36,964 nt of DNA from contig NIVC01004008.1 in NCBI GenBank assembly GCA_002269645.1, positions 27,913 through 64,876 on the forward strand, read 5' to 3'. A model generated the notes under the pieces. It did not search any database. It was not told the DNA's origin and saw only the letters and a list, made by a program, of their open reading frames with translations. Both the position numbers and the translations under genes were made by a program. Source of the DNA: Macrostomum lignano (Eukaryota). The first letter of the stretch is position 1. Each line of letters opens with the position of its first letter. Positions 32,586 to 36,964 of the stretch are shown piece after piece.

Positions 32586-35328
32586 CTCACCGATGGCTGG
32601 TCTGCGTAATGCTGAATTTATTTTAGGTTTCTGTTGCTTCTTATTGAAGCTGCAAGTAAATGCGGCTCAGGGCCATTCCGGTGAAAGAACACAGTTTTTG
32701 AGGTCGGCAGTGCCTAAAAAAGGTTTCTGGGTGAGTTTTCTATCTGTCAATGAGGTTTTAAGCAAGACTTGGAGTGCGTCTGAGCAGAGAACCGAGCGGG
32801 CACAACCGTCTGCAAGTTTCCCACGCGAGTGTCTTAATGCGCTTTTCCGCTTAAAGCAACTCTCCCATAGCAGTGGGCGATTCTCATTGGCCGCAACGCT
32901 TGCAGACGGATCGGTGGTCTGATTCGGTCGGCCAGTGGAAGCGATTGCAGGTGTTGGCTGCATCCTTGAAAGAAAGTTGCTTTTTGGCCGGAATCTCTAA
33001 GAGACGCTCTGTTTTATTCCGTTAACAGACCAGCCGACGCCGCCACGGCCCTGTCTGATGGACAGTTTCATCCCACTAGGAAGGATGAACCTCTCCAAAC
33101 ACAAGATCACGGACAAGACAGACAGAGCTGTGGCTGATTCACCGGGATTGTCTGTGATGCAGGGCGGCCGGAGGGGACAAACAGAAATCGATGCCACTCG
33201 TATGTCCGCACGCTTGCCGATGTCAGCTGGGAGCGGCGACATGGCCAGAGCTTTTTCTGTGTTTTTCCTGCCCTGAGCTCGAGCAATCAATTTATTCCTT
33301 CATCTTTGCACCCGCCTCCCCCGAACTATAGAAAGTTGTTTCAGCTTCCAGCCGTAGGATGGAGCTGACGATTTTCATATAGACGCTGCAGACGAGGAAC
33401 GAACATTTCTTTGGCGTAGTTTTCAGCTTCCAAAGCGAAATTTCAGGAAGCTTAAAATGCGTGATAAGCCCCTGCACTTTAAACTCGTTCTATGGGTTCT
33501 TGTGCCTGCTGTCTGAATAAACTGTTTCAAATTAATCAGCACTCTGCGTCCTCTTATTGATCGAAATTCGACCGAGTAGGTTTGCTCGGGAGACATCCTC
33601 GGGTTAGAGCGGATGATTGAGACTGTCCTCACTATTAAGGTAGGGAATTCTGCATTAATCGTATTGGTAGCATATAGCATTCAATGCCAAGCAGTATCGC
33701 TTTCAATCGCGTGTCTCGTAAGTGATTACTAGTATATTGTTTTCCTGTATTATTTGTCACACAGGTAGCCTTTGTGTTTTACAATCTACAGTGTAGGAAA
33801 TCTATAAAAAATCTTTCGGTTTCCCAGGTTTCTAAAGTTCGTAACCTTGAATTTTAACGTTACCGGAGAGTTTTTTAATGTCCACGCTAATTACGTTCAG
33901 CAACAGAGTCGGGAGTGTGTGATATTCGAAGAGTTTGCAGCTTCAACTATCCTCAGAGCGTCTGGACTTTTAAGCATCTTGGAAGGGCTAACCTATGCCG
34001 AACCAGGCAGAGGAAGTAATGCTAATCAATAAGGCGAACATTGCTGATTAGCTGCTCTTGAGCTATTAGGAATATCTTCATGCTTGGATGGCCAAACGTA
34101 TGTTTTCCATCCCTCCAACTCCTAATTGATGGGGACAATCAAAAGGCTGGTAAAAAATCGACAGGTCGAAGCAATCTGATTTGCCTGGACTTGAGACTGG
34201 AAATTTCTCTCTGGTACTCGCTCACGGCCTGGCTCCCAGAACATCGAGTGCAGTGGTAAAAACTGGCATGGGATTTACAAAATTCGCTAAAGTTCAAGAT
34301 GACTAAATGCAATATCGACTTTCCTCCAATTCCTAGTGCACACAGTCTTTATCGATGCAGCAGCTATGATGGCAACTTGTAACTGCTTTTTGGCTAACTA
34401 CAACCGAAAATATATCACGATAAGCGGGAAATGCGAGCTGTAATTTTGGCGTTTTTGCAACCGGTACTAAATGTGCCATCCCCTCCATACTAAATGTCTA
34501 AATATTTACTAGATGCCATAGCACAGGCCAGCGTAAACACAAGCACTCAGGGATGTGAGCCAAGATTAATTCCGGACGAACACGACTGTCTCTGTCTTTT
34601 GCACCGCTCCATTTTCTGTGCCAATTAGAAGGAAAATTGACTGGACAAATTAAATCAAGGCCCTTCGGTGGCGGACGGAGGCTGCAGCTGTGCAGGATAC
34701 AAATCCCCTTGGCGGTCTCAATTTGACCTCGGAAGAGACATTTTAGACAAATGTTGGGCACTAAAACAAATTGGATTAGTGCTGGTCTGGCCGGATGGAA
34801 CCAATCTGAATGTCTCAAGGATATGCAGTGAGAGCATTGATGTGTTATTTTGGCTGCATGCTTTCAGTCTCTTATGGTTGATTTATTTATTTTCCTTTTT
34901 AACTTTAAATTAAAAAAAGTTATATTACTATGTAAATAGTTGATGAATAAAACTTTGAGCTGCATGGAGTACAACAATTCATAGTGTGGCTACTAATGCT
35001 GAATTTTGCATTCCGAATGCCAGCAGCTATTCTCTCTCCTTCTCGCTCCCCTCTCTTACCCTGCCTCCGTGCACATTAGGCATGCAAAAGTGGGCTGAGA
35101 AGCATCGGCAACTAAGCAACCCTAGTAGACTGCCACCGCCCCAATGAGCACTCTGAGGCTTGAGTCAACCTACCCCAAACGGAGTCAACGAGGTTTGGTC
35201 GGTTAATTGAGGGCCATTTTTAGGGGCAGTCAGCCCGGCAGAGACTCAGGCGCACAATGGTTGGGCTGTACAATAAGCCTTCCCCCGTTATTCTCTATGC
35301 ACTTGCTTCTCCACTCTTCTCTTCTTTT

Positions 35329-35342
35329 GTTGCCATGCCAAC
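35329..35342. promoter_or_regulatory. RFX X-box (GTTGCCATGCCAAC)
   Basis: One mismatch from the palindromic GTTGCCATGGCAAC, about 195 bp upstream of the ATG of a ciliary-gene homolog. Confidence 0.65.
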
Positions 35343-35535
35343 CAGATGCGTCTTCCAACCTCCCAATTGGCGCGCTTTTTTCAATCTCTCTCTCTCTCTC
35401 ATTTTTTAGTTTTAATAGCTGTGCAAGAGCCATATTCTCTTTTAAAAGAAATTCATCTTTGAACTGAGTGTCTAACTGCAATTTCTGTCAGCTGAAATAG
35501 TTCGCTCACTCCAGGAGAGCACAGACTGAGCAGCC

Positions 35536-36898
35536 ATGCAGCGCGAAGCAACAGGCGTTCTATTCAGCTACTTCAACAAGAGGTAAGCGATGCTGTTTGG
35601 CAGATATGCCGCGTTAGCGTGCGGTTCGTTTATCACAGGCTCTGATCGGTCGGGAACTGCTACTATAAACCGTGCAGTCAGGTCAGAACCAGTCGAAAGC
35701 ACTAGAAAAATAACCTTAAAAATCGGCGTTTTCGCCGGGGTAGAAAAAACATTTCCGCCAGCGAAGTCTCCCAGGCTTGCGCGGCCGCCTACAAAGTTGG
35801 CCTATAAAGAGCAACTAGGGGGTTGATTCATATTTTCCTTTAAATGATCCACTTGACCTTTTTCCAATTCTAGCCTGCTTGTTGGCTCTGGATTATAGCC
35901 TCGCAGGGGGAATAGCAGGGAGCAGTGGTCAGCGAAAAGTGGGCCCGCTAATCCAAACTTTGATCAGGCGAAAACCTGCCGACCAAAGACATGCTCCAGT
36001 AAATCCCTGCTCGGCACTGCAGGCGAGTGTCGCAACCGGAATTCGGTACTTTAAATGGGAATGGTGGTCACGATTAAGAAAAAACATCTAACGATTGATC
36101 CAACCTAGCGAATCTACGAATGACATATGACAGTTTAGCGGCAACATTTTTTTGATAGCAGGTATTCAATGGAACTCTTGGCATGATAACTAGCCCGGTC
36201 CCTTTTCCAGCCAGTACCATGAGCGTTGCGTGCCAGCTCAGTCAACTCAGGCGGCGGCCGCGGCGGCTGAGAAGCCGCTGACCAGCGCCGAGCTGCGAAA
36301 AATGGACGCCGTCGGTCAGGACAAAGTCTGGCGTCAGTACGTGGAGAACGAGAGCCGGCACAACAAGCAGTGGTGAGAGTCCGTTTTAGGTGGCATTCAC
36401 GCATCCTTGATTACCACAGCCTACATCATCCATATCACTATGATTTGCGATTCCGCAAGGCTTTGTACAGCCTTGACTCTGAGCTTTGTTTTACCTGAAG
36501 TTAGTTGGCCTAATAATCAAGTCTTGGACGCACGTAGAGGTGTCCGAAAATCCAATCACCCAGGTCACTCAACCATAGACGAGTATTGTGACCCAAGGGC
36601 GCAGCCAGGATTTTTTATTTTATTGGAGAGGCCAATTTAGTTGTCGGGGAACTGCAAAAATTGGAAATAGAATGCAAAACCTGCTTTAAAAGGCGCCAAA
36701 TCAGCGGGTTTTCCATACTTTTTTACCCCCCCCCTCTTGGCTACATGTACGTCTCTGTTCCAAGCACACATGGAATCGAACTTTGGCACCACAAGATCGT
36801 GATAACCTACCCTTATTTCAAATCTAACCATCCATCAATTATTTTGTTCGAATTTCAGGGAGCAAAACTGGGGCTTCATGGCGGAGTTCGATCAAAAG
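35536..36898 (+). CDS. C2orf50: C2orf50/CIMIP5-like ciliary microtubule inner protein, 3' end beyond the window; exons 35536..35582, 36211..36372, 36859..36898
   Basis: In-phase splicing gives MQREATGVLFSYFNKSQYHERC...KMDAVGQDKVWRQYVENESRHNKQWEQNWGFMAEFDQK. This matches the recalled C2orf50 signature D.V.QD..WR....E.....W..NW.F...D. Confidence 0.78.
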
Positions 36899-36964
36899 GT
36901 AAGAAATCTCAAAGCATCTCAGATTCTCAATAGTTCAATGTTTTAGTTGCGAGAGTGAGGTTCT

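Overview
Eukaryotic (animal) genomic DNA with GT-AG spliceosomal introns, so the prokaryote-style ORF track is mostly misleading. The simple-repeat load, gene families and RTE/SINE content suggest a free-living flatworm such as Macrostomum; this is inference and was not verified. Five spliced protein genes were reconstructed by hand, with every intron phase consistent: (1) the 3' part of a CCDC175/CCDC178-like coiled-coil gene (+); (2) an uncharacterised HAD-like gene (+); (3) a 6-exon hnRNP A/B-D (squid)-family gene with two RRMs (-); (4) a 5-exon DEG/ENaC channel (-); (5) the 5' part of a C2orf50/CIMIP5-like ciliary gene (+). The window also holds two convergent tRNA-Thr genes (TGT and AGT), a tRNA-derived SINE, an RTE-LINE remnant and about 11 separate tandem arrays totalling roughly 8.7 kb. 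Best leads: a one-base frame break in the DEG/ENaC tail that hides a 210-aa extension ending in a PDZ ligand (ETQL); concerted loss of one thumb disulfide plus two ~80-aa inserts in that channel; RFX X-boxes upstream of both the ciliary gene and the uncharacterised HAD-like gene; a minisatellite grown from a stop codon that carries AATAAA variants; and an inverted tRNA pair showing an apparent anticodon switch. No prokaryotic-type system such as CRISPR is supported.
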